The notes: generated by a model not told the origin, from the sequence alone. Positions 1 to 9,077 are shown, counted from the stretch's first letter. The stretch: 21,211 bases of DNA from a virus (IMGVR_UViG_2778261510_000015:1-21211); one strand, 5' to 3'. A program made the numbers and translations.

Positions 1-1284
1 TTACTTCTTCGCCTCTGCAACCACTTTACTACCCACGCCGCGGTTATTGTATTCCCACATGCGGTTGTAGTTAGTGTCATTCAGATTGCGCTGTATTTCG
101 TCGTTATCATCTACGCTGCCGGTATTACCCGCAAACGGACGATTAGAGATCACCGCATCGGCCCACGGTTTAGCCGTGTTAAAACCTTCGTTGATGGCGC
201 TATCACGGATCACCACCTGACCGTTGGTATTGGCATCAACATCCAGCGAGCGGCCCAGTTGCGCCACACCATCACCGAAAGCATTGAAACGGCTGTTTAC
301 GGCGAGGAAACCGTAGTAAATGTTGGACAGCGTAGCCGGTGCAAACACATACGCTTCTTGCTGAGTACGTGAGTTCACCACGCGGAATTCGGTGTTATCG
401 AACACCACTGCGCCGCGACCAGAAACGATATCCACATCCCCTTCAATGTAGCTGTTGGTCACCAGCGTACGCGGCTGACGATTTGTTTCCAGACGGTTCT
501 GCACACCGCTGTTGGTGACAAAGAAGGTGTTCTGACGACCGAGAATGTTAACGTTGTTAATCTGTACCTGGTCACCATCAGTACGCAGTGCCACCGCCGG
601 ATGGTTACCTGCATCTACGCTATCGCCCAGCGTGTTTTCGATGGTCAGATTTTGCAGTTGCAGGCCATTGTTTTGTGACCAGAAGACCGCAGAGCAGAGA
701 ACACCGATACTGTCGCTGCGTTTGCTCTGGCAGCTATCGTACATATACCACGCTGGTTTACCTGGCATATATTTGCCGCGCGGGTTGACGTCGTGACGCC
801 AGTCGGCAGGGCTCATGCCACCATCAAGGGAAAGCCCAATCTTCACATCAATCGGTTTTTCACCTGTACCGTACAGAGTAATTCCACCCGGAGCGGCAGG
901 GACATATACCGTTCCCTGATACTCACCAGGCATCACGGCAATATACTGGCGCTTGTTGGTGCGCTTGATAATTGCCGCATCTACCGCCGCCTGAATCGTG
1001 GTATGCGTTACACCTTGAGTGCCCGCCGGGCCGACAACAAAGTCAGGTTGCGCAGGCAGGGTAATCGGGGAAGGATTCCACGCTGCAGCACCTGGTGTCA
1101 GGGATGCAAAATAGTGTTGAGCATCGAAATTCTGCGCTTCTTTTGCCGACAGAATCGGGCGAGAAGAGGTACCAGGCGCGGTTTGATCAGAAGGACGTTG
1201 ATCGGGCGGGGTTGAGCTACAGGCGGTCAGCGTCACGCCAAAAGCCAATGCCAGCGCCAGACGGGAAACTGAAAATGTGTTCAC
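1..1284 (-). CDS. ybhC: YbhC, pectinesterase-fold outer-membrane lipoprotein (host gene flanking attB lambda)
   Basis: 427-aa ORF with GTG start; N-terminal lipoprotein signal ending in lipobox LTAC; sequence matches my recollection of E. coli YbhC, which lies next to the lambda attachment site. Confidence 0.8.
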   Translation of the reverse strand: MNTFSVSRLALALAFGVTLTACSSTPPDQRPSDQTAPGTSSRPILSAKEAQNFDAQHYFASLTPGAAAWNPSPITLPAQPDFVVGPAGTQGVTHTTIQAAVDAAIIKRTNKRQYIAVMPGEYQGTVYVPAAPGGITLYGTGEKPIDVKIGLSLDGGMSPADWRHDVNPRGKYMPGKPAWYMYDSCQSKRSDSIGVLCSAVFWSQNNGLQLQNLTIENTLGDSVDAGNHPAVALRTDGDQVQINNVNILGRQNTFFVTNSGVQNRLETNRQPRTLVTNSYIEGDVDIVSGRGAVVFDNTEFRVVNSRTQQEAYVFAPATLSNIYYGFLAVNSRFNAFGDGVAQLGRSLDVDANTNGQVVIRDSAINEGFNTAKPWADAVISNRPFAGNTGSVDDNDEIQRNLNDTNYNRMWEYNNRGVGSKVVAEAKK

Positions 1285-1330
1285 AGGTTGCTCCGGGCTA
1301 TGAAATAGAAAAATGAATCCGTTGAAGCCT

Positions 1331-1345
1331 GCTTTTTTATACTAA
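1331..1345. other. attL core (BOP'): 15-bp lambda att common core
   Basis: GCTTTTTTATACTAA read directly; left flank (gaagcctg) is the host B arm, right flank (GTTGGCCTTATAAAAAAGCATTGCTTATCAATTTGTTGCAACGAACAGGTCACTATC...) is the phage P' arm with Int arm-type sites. Confidence 0.9.
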
Positions 1346-1418
1346 GTTGGCCTTATAAAAAAGCATTGCTTATCAATTTGTTGCAACGAACAGGTCACTA
1401 TCAATCAAAATAAAATCA

Positions 1419-2489
1419 TTATTTGATTTCAATTTTGTCCCACTCCCTGCCTCTGTCATCACGATACTGTGATGCCATGGTGTCCGACTTATGCCCGAGA
1501 AGATGTTGAGCAAACTTATCGCTTATCTGCTTCTCATAGAGTCTTGCAGACAAACTGCGCAACTCGTGAAAGGTAGGCGGATCCCCTTCGAAGGAAAGAC
1601 CTGATGCTTTTCGTGCGCGCATAAAATACCTTGATACTGTGCCGGATGAAAGCGGTTCACGACGAGTAGATGCAATTATGGTTTCTCCGCCAAGAATCTT
1701 TTTGCATTTATCAAGTGTTTCCTTCATTGATATCCCGAGAGCATCAACATGCAATGCTGTTGGGATGGCAATTTTTACGCCTGTTTTGCTTTGCTCGACA
1801 TAAAGATATCCATCTACGATATCAGACCACTTCATTTCGCATAAATCACCAACTCGCTGTCCGGTAACAACAGCCAGTTCCATTGCAAGTCTGAGCCAAC
1901 ATGGTGATGATTCTGCTGCTTGATAAATTTTCAGGTATTCGTCAGCCGTAAGTCTTGATCTCCTTACCTCTGATTTTGCTGCGCGAGTGGCAGCGACCGG
2001 GTTTGTTGTTATATGGCCTTCAGCTATTGCCTCTCGGAATGCATCGCTCAGTGTCGATCTGATTAACTTGGCTGACGCCGCCTTGCCCTCGTCTATGTAT
2101 CCATTGAGCATTGCCGCAATTTCTTTTGTGGTGATGTCTTCAAGTGGAGCATCAGGCAGACACCTCCTTATTGCTTTAATTTTGCTCATGTAATTTATGA
2201 GTGTCTTCTGCTTGATTCCTCTGCTGGCGAGGATTTTTTCGTAGCGATCAAGCCATGAATGTAACGTAACAGAATTATCACTGTTGATTCTCGCTGTCAG
2301 AGGCTTGTGTTTGTGTCCTGAAAATAACTCAATGTTGGCCTGTATAGCTTCAGTGATTGCGATTCGCCTGTCTCGGCCTAATCCAAACTCTTTACCCGTC
2401 CTTGGGTCCCTGTAGCAGTAATATCCATTGTTTCTTATATAAAGATTAGGGGGTAAATCCCGGCGCTCATGACTTCGCCTTCTTCCCAT
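1419..2489 (-). CDS. int: Integrase (tyrosine recombinase), lambda Int
   Basis: 356-aa ORF matching recalled lambda Int; adjacent to attL P' arm; overlaps xis as in lambda. Confidence 0.95.
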   Translation of the reverse strand: MGRRRSHERRDLPPNLYIRNNGYYCYRDPRTGKEFGLGRDRRIAITEAIQANIELFSGHKHKPLTARINSDNSVTLHSWLDRYEKILASRGIKQKTLINYMSKIKAIRRCLPDAPLEDITTKEIAAMLNGYIDEGKAASAKLIRSTLSDAFREAIAEGHITTNPVAATRAAKSEVRRSRLTADEYLKIYQAAESSPCWLRLAMELAVVTGQRVGDLCEMKWSDIVDGYLYVEQSKTGVKIAIPTALHVDALGISMKETLDKCKKILGGETIIASTRREPLSSGTVSRYFMRARKASGLSFEGDPPTFHELRSLSARLYEKQISDKFAQHLLGHKSDTMASQYRDDRGREWDKIEIK

Positions 2490-2685
2490 TTCTGATCCTC
2501 TTCAAAAGGCTACCTGTTACTGGTCGATTTAAGTCAACCTTTACCGCTGATTCGTGGAACAGATACTCTCTTCCATCCTTAACCGGAGGAGGGAATATCC
2601 TGCATTCGCGCACCCATCGACGAACTGTTTCAAGGCTTCTTGGGCGTCGCTGGCGAGCGTTCCACTCCTGAAGTGTCAAGTACAT
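2467..2685 (-). CDS. xis: Excisionase Xis (72 aa)
   Basis: Internal Met of the 102-aa track ORF gives MYLTLQEWNARQRRPRSLETVRRW..., matching lambda Xis; ATG at 2683..2685. Confidence 0.9.
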   Translation of the reverse strand: MYLTLQEWNARQRRPRSLETVRRWVRECRIFPPPVKDGREYLFHESAVKVDLNRPVTGSLLKRIRNGKKAKS

Positions 2686-2792
2686 CGCAAAGTCTCCGCA
2701 ATTACACGCAAGAAAAAGCCGCATTGATGCGGCGATGGTAGGTCTGGATATCATTGAGCAATGAACAGGCCTCATCGAGTGTGAGGCTGTAG

Positions 2793-3137
2793 TTAGTCCT
2801 TGCGTAGCTCGCTGATTCTTCTGTAAGTCTCTGGTGCTTTGTTCCCGTACGTCTTCATTTCAGACTTCAACAGAGCAACGAGGGAATCCCATTCGTTGAG
2901 GATTCCTTTGAATGCCGGAACGCGCTTTGCAACCTTGTCGAATGAATCTCTGATTTCTGGAATCTGCTCAACAAGTGCAACGCATCGCCGGAAATCGGCT
3001 ACGTCATGTGGAGCGCCGAAGTGATGACCATAGATATTATTTTTCAGTCCACATGCGATTGAGGCAAGAGTTGCGCTACTGATGCCGACATCGCCAGTCG
3101 ATTGCCATTTCAAAACCTTCATAGCCAAATCTGACAT
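2793..3137 (-). CDS. Hypothetical protein (114 aa), b-region accessory gene
   Basis: ORF with GGAG about 9 nt upstream of ATG; no family recognised. Confidence 0.55.
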   Translation of the reverse strand: MSDLAMKVLKWQSTGDVGISSATLASIACGLKNNIYGHHFGAPHDVADFRRCVALVEQIPEIRDSFDKVAKRVPAFKGILNEWDSLVALLKSEMKTYGNKAPETYRRISELRKD

Positions 3138-3180
3138 TTCTTGTCTCCATAAAACAAAACCCGCCGTAGCGAGTTCAGAT

Positions 3181-3206
3181 AAAAGAAATCCCCGCGAGTG
3201 CGAGGA
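3181..3206 (-). terminator. Putative intrinsic terminator (hairpin CCTCGC-ACTC-GCGGGG + U-run on minus strand)
   Basis: 6-bp stem (one G-U pair) followed on the minus strand by ATTTCTTTT. Confidence 0.35.
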
Positions 3207-3225
3207 TAGTTACTTGTTCATATTA

Positions 3226-3525
3226 TTAATCGTCAATGTATTTTGAGCATTGTGGGCAATCATCAATCCCACAATACGATTCATATGCATCCTTTATTGC
3301 GTCGCGGGCTTCAGTAAGAGTATTGAATAAGTTGCAGCTATTATCTTTTTGATATAGGTAAGCTCCTAATTTATAAGCAGAAGAAGCATCATTTCCGCTG
3401 TCTAAAATTACATCGTTATGGATTCTGCACCTTGCAAGAACTCCTGATCCCATAAGGGTCTGCATAGCCCATTGCTCTTGATCTTCACACAAATCATGAA
3501 TGCTCATTTCAACACCTCTCTTCAC
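3226..3525 (-). CDS. Ea8.5-like protein (99 aa, C-terminal CxxC... DCPQC Cys cluster)
   Basis: Position equivalent to lambda ea8.5; Cys-rich C-terminus suggests a zinc ribbon; identity by position and loose recall only. Confidence 0.5.
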   Translation of the reverse strand: MKRGVEMSIHDLCEDQEQWAMQTLMGSGVLARCRIHNDVILDSGNDASSAYKLGAYLYQKDNSCNLFNTLTEARDAIKDAYESYCGIDDCPQCSKYIDD

Positions 3526-3621
3526 GTTTCACACACGTTAAGATTAACAGTGTTTTTACATGCTTTGGAAGATTTATTTTATAAAAACTCTTTTAATACA
3601 AATAGATATAATAGTTCACTA

Positions 3622-4290
3622 TTATAGCTCCTTTAATCGAGGCGGTTCTGGTAGAGGCATCCAGTGGGTTACCTCTTTGAGATACAGGTCTTCGCCATCA
3701 CCGTCATCCCAAGTGGGATTGCCATCATTAAACCAGTCGCCATATACGCCGACCTGAGTGTTGGGGATGTTTGGTGGGTAGTTGTTTTTAAAGTCAGCTG
3801 CTAACACATAGCATTGTCGCTCTCCCATTTCTGGCATTCGCTCACTACAGCTTATCCAACCATCCGGAGTTACCGGATAGTTGCCGGGTTCTTTAATGTG
3901 CAAGCGAGGCTCACCATCTTTTGGCTCAGGCCACTGGCGCTCCATGTTGATCTTCAATTTATCTTCCATAGCTGCGGTAATTTCAGCATCGCTGATGCCA
4001 GCACGGCGCTGTGCATCCCACAACAGAAACTGCATATCAGCCCACTCGCTAAGATCGTCTGGTTCGGCTGCGGCTTCCAGTGCCTCTTTTGAGAGATGTT
4101 TCAGCGGACCAATGGGGCCAACGCAGCCAAATGTGGAGTCAGACCATTTGGCATGCTCGTGGCGAATCTGTTCGCGTTCCAGTGATGCCAGTGCAATTCG
4201 TGCCAGTTCCATTTGTTCGCCACGAGTAAGTCCGTTATCAAGCGGATTTTTAATGAATAATTTGATACGTTCTTTGGTTATAGCGCTCAT
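3622..4290 (-). CDS. DUF551-domain phage protein (222 aa from the AAGGAG-preceded ATG)
   Basis: C-terminal THWMPLPEPP-type motif typical of DUF551; start chosen at ATG 4288..4290 with AAGGAG 8 nt upstream rather than the longest ORF (4323). Confidence 0.6.
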   Translation of the reverse strand: MSAITKERIKLFIKNPLDNGLTRGEQMELARIALASLEREQIRHEHAKWSDSTFGCVGPIGPLKHLSKEALEAAAEPDDLSEWADMQFLLWDAQRRAGISDAEITAAMEDKLKINMERQWPEPKDGEPRLHIKEPGNYPVTPDGWISCSERMPEMGERQCYVLAADFKNNYPPNIPNTQVGVYGDWFNDGNPTWDDGDGEDLYLKEVTHWMPLPEPPRLKEL

Positions 4291-4291
4291 A

Positions 4292-4708
4292 TCACTCTCC
4301 TTTGATGCGAATGCCTGTTGCAATGCTGTTTATGATGCTGTCAGTGCATGGGGTAGAAAGCTGGGCATCTCCAGCAATTCTCATGACCTCAACATCTGCA
4401 TATCGAATACCGAGGTGTATCAGACCGGCTATACCTGACTTAAGCCGAGCATTTTCCATAAACAGATCCTTTGCCCGCTGTTTTTCTGCCTCAAGCTCAA
4501 CGCGCAACTTTCCTACCGTTAACGCAATATCCTCGTTCTCTTGGTCGCGGCGTTTGATGTATTGCTGGTTTCTTTCCCGTTCATCCAGCAGTGCCAGCAC
4601 AACCTGAGGTGTGACTTTCATACGAAATGCCAGCAATTTTTGAGGCGTTGCTACTGTTTCAATTGCTACTGCCGCCTCACGCAGTGCCTGAGAGTTAATT
4701 TCGCTCAC
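4292..4708 (-). CDS. Ea22-like protein (138 aa)
   Basis: N-terminus MSEINSQALREAA... and C-terminus ...GIRIKGE match recalled lambda Ea22 ends; central part differs and is shorter. Confidence 0.65.
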   Translation of the reverse strand: MSEINSQALREAAVAIETVATPQKLLAFRMKVTPQVVLALLDERERNQQYIKRRDQENEDIALTVGKLRVELEAEKQRAKDLFMENARLKSGIAGLIHLGIRYADVEVMRIAGDAQLSTPCTDSIINSIATGIRIKGE

Positions 4709-4926
4709 TTCGAACCTCTCTGTTTACTGATAAGCTCCAGATCCTCCTGGCAACTTGCACAAGTCCGACAACCCTGAACGACCAGGCGTCTTCGTTCATC
4801 TATGGGATCGCCACACTCACAACAATGAGTGGCAGATATAGCCTGGTGGTTCAGGCGGCGCATTTTTATTGCTGTGTTGCGCTGTAATTCTTCGATTTCT
4901 GATGCTGAATCAATGATGTCTGCCAT
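4705..4926 (-). CDS. TraR/DksA-family zinc-finger protein (lambda Orf73-like, 73 aa)
   Basis: C4 motif CxxC...CxxC (CCECGDPIDERRR...CRTCASC) typical of TraR/DksA C4-type zinc fingers; 73 aa. Confidence 0.7.
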   Translation of the reverse strand: MADIIDSASEIEELQRNTAIKMRRLNHQAISATHCCECGDPIDERRRLVVQGCRTCASCQEDLELISKQRGSK

Positions 4927-5024
4927 CTTTCATTAATCCCTGAATTGTTGGTTAATACGCTTGAGGGTGAATGCGAATAATAAAAAAGGATCCTGTAGCT
5001 CCCTGATGATTTTGCTTTTCATGT

Positions 5025-5336
5025 TCATCGCTCCTTAAAGACGCCGTTTAACATGCCGATCGCCAGGCTTAAATGAGTCGGTGTGAATCCCATCAGCGTT
5101 ACCGTTTCGCGGTGCTTCTTCAGTACGCTACGGCAAATGTCATCGACGTTTTTATCCGGAAACTGCTGTCTGGCTTTTTTGATTTCAGAATTAGCCTGAC
5201 GGGCAATACTGCGAAGGGCGTTTTCTTGCTGATGTGTCATTGAACAAGCCCCATGTCGGCAAGCATAAGCACACAGAATATGAAGCCCGCTGCCAGAAAA
5301 ATGCATTCGGTGGTTGTCATACCTGGTCTCTCTCAT
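5025..5336 (-). CDS. Hypothetical protein in the orf61 position (ORF runs 103 aa; true start uncertain)
   Basis: Overlaps orf63 by 20 nt exactly as lambda orf61 does, but the ORF continues well past 61 codons. Confidence 0.5.
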   Translation of the reverse strand: MRETRYDNHRMHFSGSGLHILCAYACRHGACSMTHQQENALRSIARQANSEIKKARQQFPDKNVDDICRSVLKKHRETVTLMGFTPTHLSLAIGMLNGVFKER

Positions 5337-5508
5337 CTGCTTCTGCTTTCGCCACCATCATTTCCAGTTTTTGTGAAAGGGATGTGGCTAACGTATGAAA
5401 TTCTTCGTCTGTTTCTACTGCTATTGGCACAAACCTGACTCCAATTTGAGCAAGGCTATGTGCCATCTCAATACTCGTTCTTAACTCAGCAGGAGATGCT
5501 TTGTGCAT
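5317..5508 (-). CDS. Orf63-like protein (63 aa)
   Basis: Same length and overlap pattern as lambda orf63. Confidence 0.6.
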   Translation of the reverse strand: MHKASPAELRTSIEMAHSLAQIGVRFVPIAVETDEEFHTLATSLSQKLEMMVAKAEADERDQV

Positions 5509-5663
5509 ACCGCCTCCCGTTTATTATTTATCTTCTCAGCCAGCCGCTGTGTTTTCAGGGGATTTCTGATAACAGAAAGGCCGGGAAATACCCAGCCTCG
5601 CTTTGTAACGGAGTAGACGAAAGTGATCGCGCCTACCCGGATATTATCGTGAGGATGCTTCAT
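5481..5663 (-). CDS. Orf60a-like protein (60 aa from third codon Met)
   Basis: ATG at 5661..5663 overlaps the exo stop in an ATGA arrangement, reproducing the lambda orf60a/exo overlap. Confidence 0.55.
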   Translation of the reverse strand: MKHPHDNIRVGAITFVYSVTKRGWVFPGLSVIRNPLKTQRLAEKINNKREAVCTKHLLLS

Positions 5664-6340
5664 CGCCATTGCTCCCCAAATACAAAACCAATTTCAGCCA
5701 GTGCCTCGTCCATTTTTTCGATGAACTCCGGCACCATCTCGTCAAAACTCGCCATGTACTTTTCATCCCGCTCAACCACGACATAGTGCAGGCCTTCACG
5801 CTTCATACGCGGGTCATAGTTGGAAAAGTACCAGGCATCTTTTCGCGTCACCCACATGCTGTACTGCACCTGGGCCATGTAAGCCGATTTTATGGCCTCG
5901 AAACCACCGAGCCGGAACTTCATGAAATCCCGGGAGGTAAACGGGCATTTCAGCTCAAGGCCGTTGCCGTCACTGCATAAACCATCGGGAGAGCAGGCGG
6001 TGCGCATACTTTCGTCGCGATAGATGATCGGGGATTCAGTAACATTCACGCCGGAAGTGAATTCAAACAGAGTTCTGGCATCGTTCTCGTACTGTTTTCC
6101 CCAGGCCAGCGCCTTAGCATTAACTTCCGGAGCCACACCGGTGCAAACCTCAGCCAGCAGGGTGTGGAAGTAGGACATTTTCATGTCAGGCCACTTCTTT
6201 CCTGAGCGGGGCTTTGCTATCACGTTGTGAACTTCTGAAGCGGTGATGACGCCGAGCCGTAATTTGTGCCATGCATCATCCCCCTGTTCGACAGCTCTCA
6301 CGTCGATCCCGGTACGCTGCAGGATAATGTCCGGTGTCAT
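5660..6340 (-). CDS. exo: Lambda exonuclease (Red-alpha)
   Basis: 226-aa ORF matching recalled lambda Exo. Confidence 0.95.
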   Translation of the reverse strand: MTPDIILQRTGIDVRAVEQGDDAWHKLRLGVITASEVHNVIAKPRSGKKWPDMKMSYFHTLLAEVCTGVAPEVNAKALAWGKQYENDARTLFEFTSGVNVTESPIIYRDESMRTACSPDGLCSDGNGLELKCPFTSRDFMKFRLGGFEAIKSAYMAQVQYSMWVTRKDAWYFSNYDPRMKREGLHYVVVERDEKYMASFDEMVPEFIEKMDEALAEIGFVFGEQWR

Positions 6341-7122
6341 GCTGCCACCTTCTGCTCAGTGGCTTTCTGTTTCAGGAATCCAAGAGCTTTCACTGCTTCG
6401 GCCTGTGTCAGTTCTGACGATGCGCGAATGTCGCGGCGAAATATCTGGGAACAGAGCGGCAATAAGTCGTCATCCCATGTTTTGTCCAGGGCAATCAGCA
6501 GAGTGTTAATCTCCTGCATGGTTTCATCGCTAACCGGAGTGATGTCGCGTTCCGGCTGACGTTCTGCAGTGTATGCGGTATTTTCGACAATGCGCTCGGC
6601 TTCATCCTTGTCATAGATACCAGCAAATCCGAAGGCGAGACGGGCACACTGAATCATGGCTTTATGCCGTAACATCCGTTTGGGATGCGACTGCCACGGT
6701 CCGATGATTTCTTTGCCTTCTCGGGTTTTGAATGGTTCGCGACGGCACTCATCCATCCACTCGGTAACGCAGATCGGATGATTACGGTCCTTGCGGTAAA
6801 TCCGGCATGTGCAGGATTCATTGTCCTGCTCAAAGTCCATGCCATCAAACTGCTGGTTTTCATTGATGATGCGGGACCAGCCATCAACGCCCACCACCGG
6901 AACGATGCCGTTCTGCTTATCAGGGAAGGCGTAAATTTCTTTCGTCCACGGATTAAGGCCATACTGGTTGGCGACGATCAACAATGCGATGAACTGCGCA
7001 TCGCTGGCATCACCTTTAAATGCCGTCTGGCGAAGAGTGGTGATCAGTTCCTGTGGGTCGACAGAATCCATGCCGACACGTTCAGCCAGCTTCCCTGCCA
7101 GCGTTGCGAGTGCTGTACTCAT
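6337..7122 (-). CDS. bet: Bet (Red-beta) single-strand annealing protein
   Basis: 261-aa ORF matching recalled lambda Bet. Confidence 0.95.
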   Translation of the reverse strand: MSTALATLAGKLAERVGMDSVDPQELITTLRQTAFKGDASDAQFIALLIVANQYGLNPWTKEIYAFPDKQNGIVPVVGVDGWSRIINENQQFDGMDFEQDNESCTCRIYRKDRNHPICVTEWMDECRREPFKTREGKEIIGPWQSHPKRMLRHKAMIQCARLAFGFAGIYDKDEAERIVENTAYTAERQPERDITPVSDETMQEINTLLIALDKTWDDDLLPLCSQIFRRDIRASSELTQAEAVKALGFLKQKATEQKVAA

Positions 7123-7127
7123 CCGTT

Positions 7128-7424
7128 TTATACCTCTGAATCAATATCAACCTGGTGGTGAGCAATGGTTTCAACCATGTACCGGATGTGTTCTGCCATG
7201 CGCTCCTGAAACTCAACATCGTCATCAAACGCACGGGTAATGGCTTTTTTGCTGGCCCCGCAGCGTTGCAAATGATCGATGCAGAGTGATTCAAACAGGT
7301 GCTGTGGAAGACCTTTTTCCATGTCGTCTGCCAGTTCTGCCTCTTTCTCTTCACGGGCGATCTGCTGGTAGTGACGCGCCCAGCTCTGAGCCTCAAGACG
7401 ATCCTGAATGTAATAAGCGTTCAT
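7128..7424 (-). CDS. gam: Gam, RecBCD inhibitor, short form only (GamS, 98 aa)
   Basis: ORF matches lambda GamS; AGGAG 7 nt upstream; the GamL-specific N-terminal coding segment is present but out of frame (see findings). Confidence 0.9.
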   Translation of the reverse strand: MNAYYIQDRLEAQSWARHYQQIAREEKEAELADDMEKGLPQHLFESLCIDHLQRCGASKKAITRAFDDDVEFQERMAEHIRYMVETIAHHQVDIDSEV

Positions 7425-7499
7425 GGCTGAACTCCTGAAAATGGCTGTGAAAATATCGCCCGCGAAATGCCAGGCTGATTAGGAAAACAGGAAAGGGGA

Positions 7500-7643
7500 T
7501 TAGTGAATGCTTTTGCTTGATCTCAGTTTCAGTATTAATATCCATTTTTTATAAGCGTCGACGGCCTCACGAAACATCTTTTCATCGCCAATAAAAGTGG
7601 CGATAGTGAATTTAGTCTGGATAGCCATAAGTGTTTGATCCAT
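7500..7643 (-). CDS. kil: Kil (47 aa), host cell-division inhibitor
   Basis: [47 protein letters not shown] read from internal Met of the 89-aa track ORF. Confidence 0.9.
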   Translation of the reverse strand: MDQTLMAIQTKFTIATFIGDEKMFREAVDAYKKWILILKLRSSKSIH

Positions 7644-7776
7644 TTTTTGGGACTCCTGGCTGATTAAGTATGTCGATAAGGCGTTTCCATCCGTCACGTA
7701 ATTTACGGGTGATTCGTTCAAGTAAAGATTCGGAAGGGCAGCCAGCAACAGGCCACCCTGCAATGGCATATTGCAT
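7612..7776 (-). CDS. cIII: CIII (54 aa), FtsH inhibitor
   Basis: Hand translation from ATG 7774..7776 gives [54 protein letters not shown]; below the 60-aa track threshold. Confidence 0.9.
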   Translation of the reverse strand: MQYAIAGWPVAGCPSESLLERITRKLRDGWKRLIDILNQPGVPKNGSNTYGYPD

Positions 7777-7848
7777 GGTGTGCTCCTTATTTATACATAA
7801 CGAAAAACGCCTCGAGTGAAGCGTTATTGGTATGCGGTAACGCCGCGT

Positions 7849-8217
7849 TCAGGCGGCCTTGATAGTCATATCATCTGAATCAAATATTCCTGATGTATCG
7901 ATATCGGTAATTCTTATTCCTTCGCTACCATCCATTGGAGGCCATCCTTCCTGACCATTTCCATCATCCCAGTCGAACTCACAAACAACACCATATGCAT
8001 TTAGGTCTTTCGAAATTGCTATAAGCAGAGCATGTTGCGCCAGTATGATTAATACAGCATTTAATACAGAGCCGTGTTTATTGAGTCGGTATTCAGAGTC
8101 TGACCAGAAATTATTAATCTGGTGAAGTTTTTCCTCTGTCATTACGTCATGGTCGATTTCAATTTCTATTGATGCTTTCCAGTCGTAATCAATGATGTAT
8201 TTTTTGATGTTTGACAT
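7849..8217 (-). CDS. ea10: Ea10 (Ssb-like), 122 aa
   Basis: Length, position and sequence consistent with lambda ea10. Confidence 0.85.
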   Translation of the reverse strand: MSNIKKYIIDYDWKASIEIEIDHDVMTEEKLHQINNFWSDSEYRLNKHGSVLNAVLIILAQHALLIAISKDLNAYGVVCEFDWDDGNGQEGWPPMDGSEGIRITDIDTSGIFDSDDMTIKAA

Positions 8218-8234
8218 CTGTTCATATCCTCATA

Positions 8235-8262
8235 GATAAAAAATCGCCCTCACACTGGAGGG
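8235..8262 (-). terminator. Putative intrinsic terminator in the pL operon (hairpin GCCCTC/GAGGGC + U-run on minus strand)
   Basis: Perfect 6-bp stem with 6-nt loop, followed on the minus strand by GATTTTTTAT. Confidence 0.45.
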
Positions 8263-8399
8263 CAAAGAAGATTTCCAATAATCAGAACAAGTCGGCTCCT
8301 GTTTAGTTACGAGCGACATTGCTCCGTGTATTCACTCGTTGGAATGAATGCACAGTGCAGTGTTTATTCTGTTGTTTATGCCAAAAATAAAGGTCACTA

Positions 8400-8600
8400 T
8401 CAGGCTGCTTTGTTGTTCTGTTTACCAAGTTCTCTGGCAACCATTGCCGTCGTTCGTATTGCCCATTTATCGACATATTTCCCATCCTCTATTACAGGAA
8501 ACATTTCTTCAGGCTTAACCATGCATTCCGATTGCAGCTTGCATCCATTGCATCGTTTGAATTGTCCACACCATTGATTTGTATCAATAGTCGTAGTCAT
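8400..8600 (-). CDS. ral: Ral, restriction alleviation protein (66 aa)
   Basis: Matches recalled lambda Ral. Confidence 0.9.
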   Translation of the reverse strand: MTTTIDTNQWCGQFKRCNGCKLQSECMVKPEEMFPVIEDGKYVDKWAIRTTAMVARELGKQNNKAA

Positions 8601-8670
8601 ACGGATAGTCCTGGTATTGTTCCATCACATCCTGAGGATGCTCTTCGAACTCTTCAAATTCTTCTTCCAT
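8584..8670 (-). CDS. Orf28-like small acidic protein (28 aa)
   Basis: Hand translation MEEEFEEFEEHPQDVMEQYQDYPYDYDY; overlaps ral start by 17 nt as in lambda. Confidence 0.6.
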   Translation of the reverse strand: MEEEFEEFEEHPQDVMEQYQDYPYDYDY

Positions 8671-8728
8671 ATATCACCTCAAATAAGTGGTTTGCTGCCT
8701 AATTTCATTTTCTGGTGAACGGTGCAGC

Positions 8729-9037
8729 TTACCTCGCCGTCAGTTGTTTTGATTTCCGGTAGCCTGCCGCGTAAATGGCTACGTTTGGCAGGCAAATACT
8801 TCCACTGCATTCGTCGGTATTTTGGTTACGAATGTTGCCGAGTGATATTGCTTTTTCAGAAAGGCTTAAACGCTTTCTCGGTTCTTCCTGAACAGGTTCC
8901 TCACTGTCTGTGCCGAAGATCGAATCGATGATGTTGCATATAGCATCACGCTCGATAGCCGGCTTTCTGCGCCGCTCATGACGGCGAGTTTTGGCATTTC
9001 CTGCAAATGTTGATTTCCCGTACACGATTACCGCCAT
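8729..9037 (-). CDS. Antiterminator N, P22 gene-24 type (102 aa)
   Basis: Arginine-rich motif GNAKTRRHERRRKPAIERD closely matches the P22 N boxB-binding peptide as I recall it; GGAGG 7 nt upstream of ATG 9035..9037; not lambda N. Confidence 0.8.
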   Translation of the reverse strand: MAVIVYGKSTFAGNAKTRRHERRRKPAIERDAICNIIDSIFGTDSEEPVQEEPRKRLSLSEKAISLGNIRNQNTDECSGSICLPNVAIYAAGYRKSKQLTAR

Positions 9038-9077
9038 GATGACCTCCGTGAAGACACACATGAATGTGTGTTGATGA

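Noticed and set aside
545-1316. Plus-strand ORFs 545..796, 588..788, 793..1215 and 1095..1316 inside or overlapping ybhC
   Set aside because: Antisense shadow ORFs within a well-supported 427-aa gene; no RBS context; typical artefact of GC-rich coding sequence.
2467-2775. 102-aa version of xis from the six-frame track
   Set aside because: The extension overlaps the preceding region and the recalled Xis sequence begins at the internal Met (2685); the 72-aa form is the real gene.
3151-3180. Possible second hairpin upstream of the 114-aa gene
   Set aside because: I could not find a consistent stem on hand folding; only the 3181..3206 hairpin is reported.
3609-3626. ATAATAGT-tc-ACTATTAT inverted repeat sharing AATAGTTC with the 9449..9479 palindrome
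   Set aside because: An 8-mer match in AT-rich DNA is expected by chance at about this frequency in 21 kb; not enough to claim a shared binding site.
4302-4777. Plus-strand ORFs 4302..4607 and 4541..4777 opposite the Ea22-like and TraR-like genes
   Set aside because: Antisense to genes with clear RBS and lambda-like sequence; no start context.
7500-7769. 89-aa ORF spanning kil and upstream sequence
   Set aside because: This is kil (47 aa) with an in-frame upstream extension that overlaps cIII, which is encoded in another frame (7612..7776).
8303-8485. 60-aa minus-strand ORF overlapping the ral 3' half
   Set aside because: Different frame of a conserved gene, no independent start signals; considered a frame shadow.
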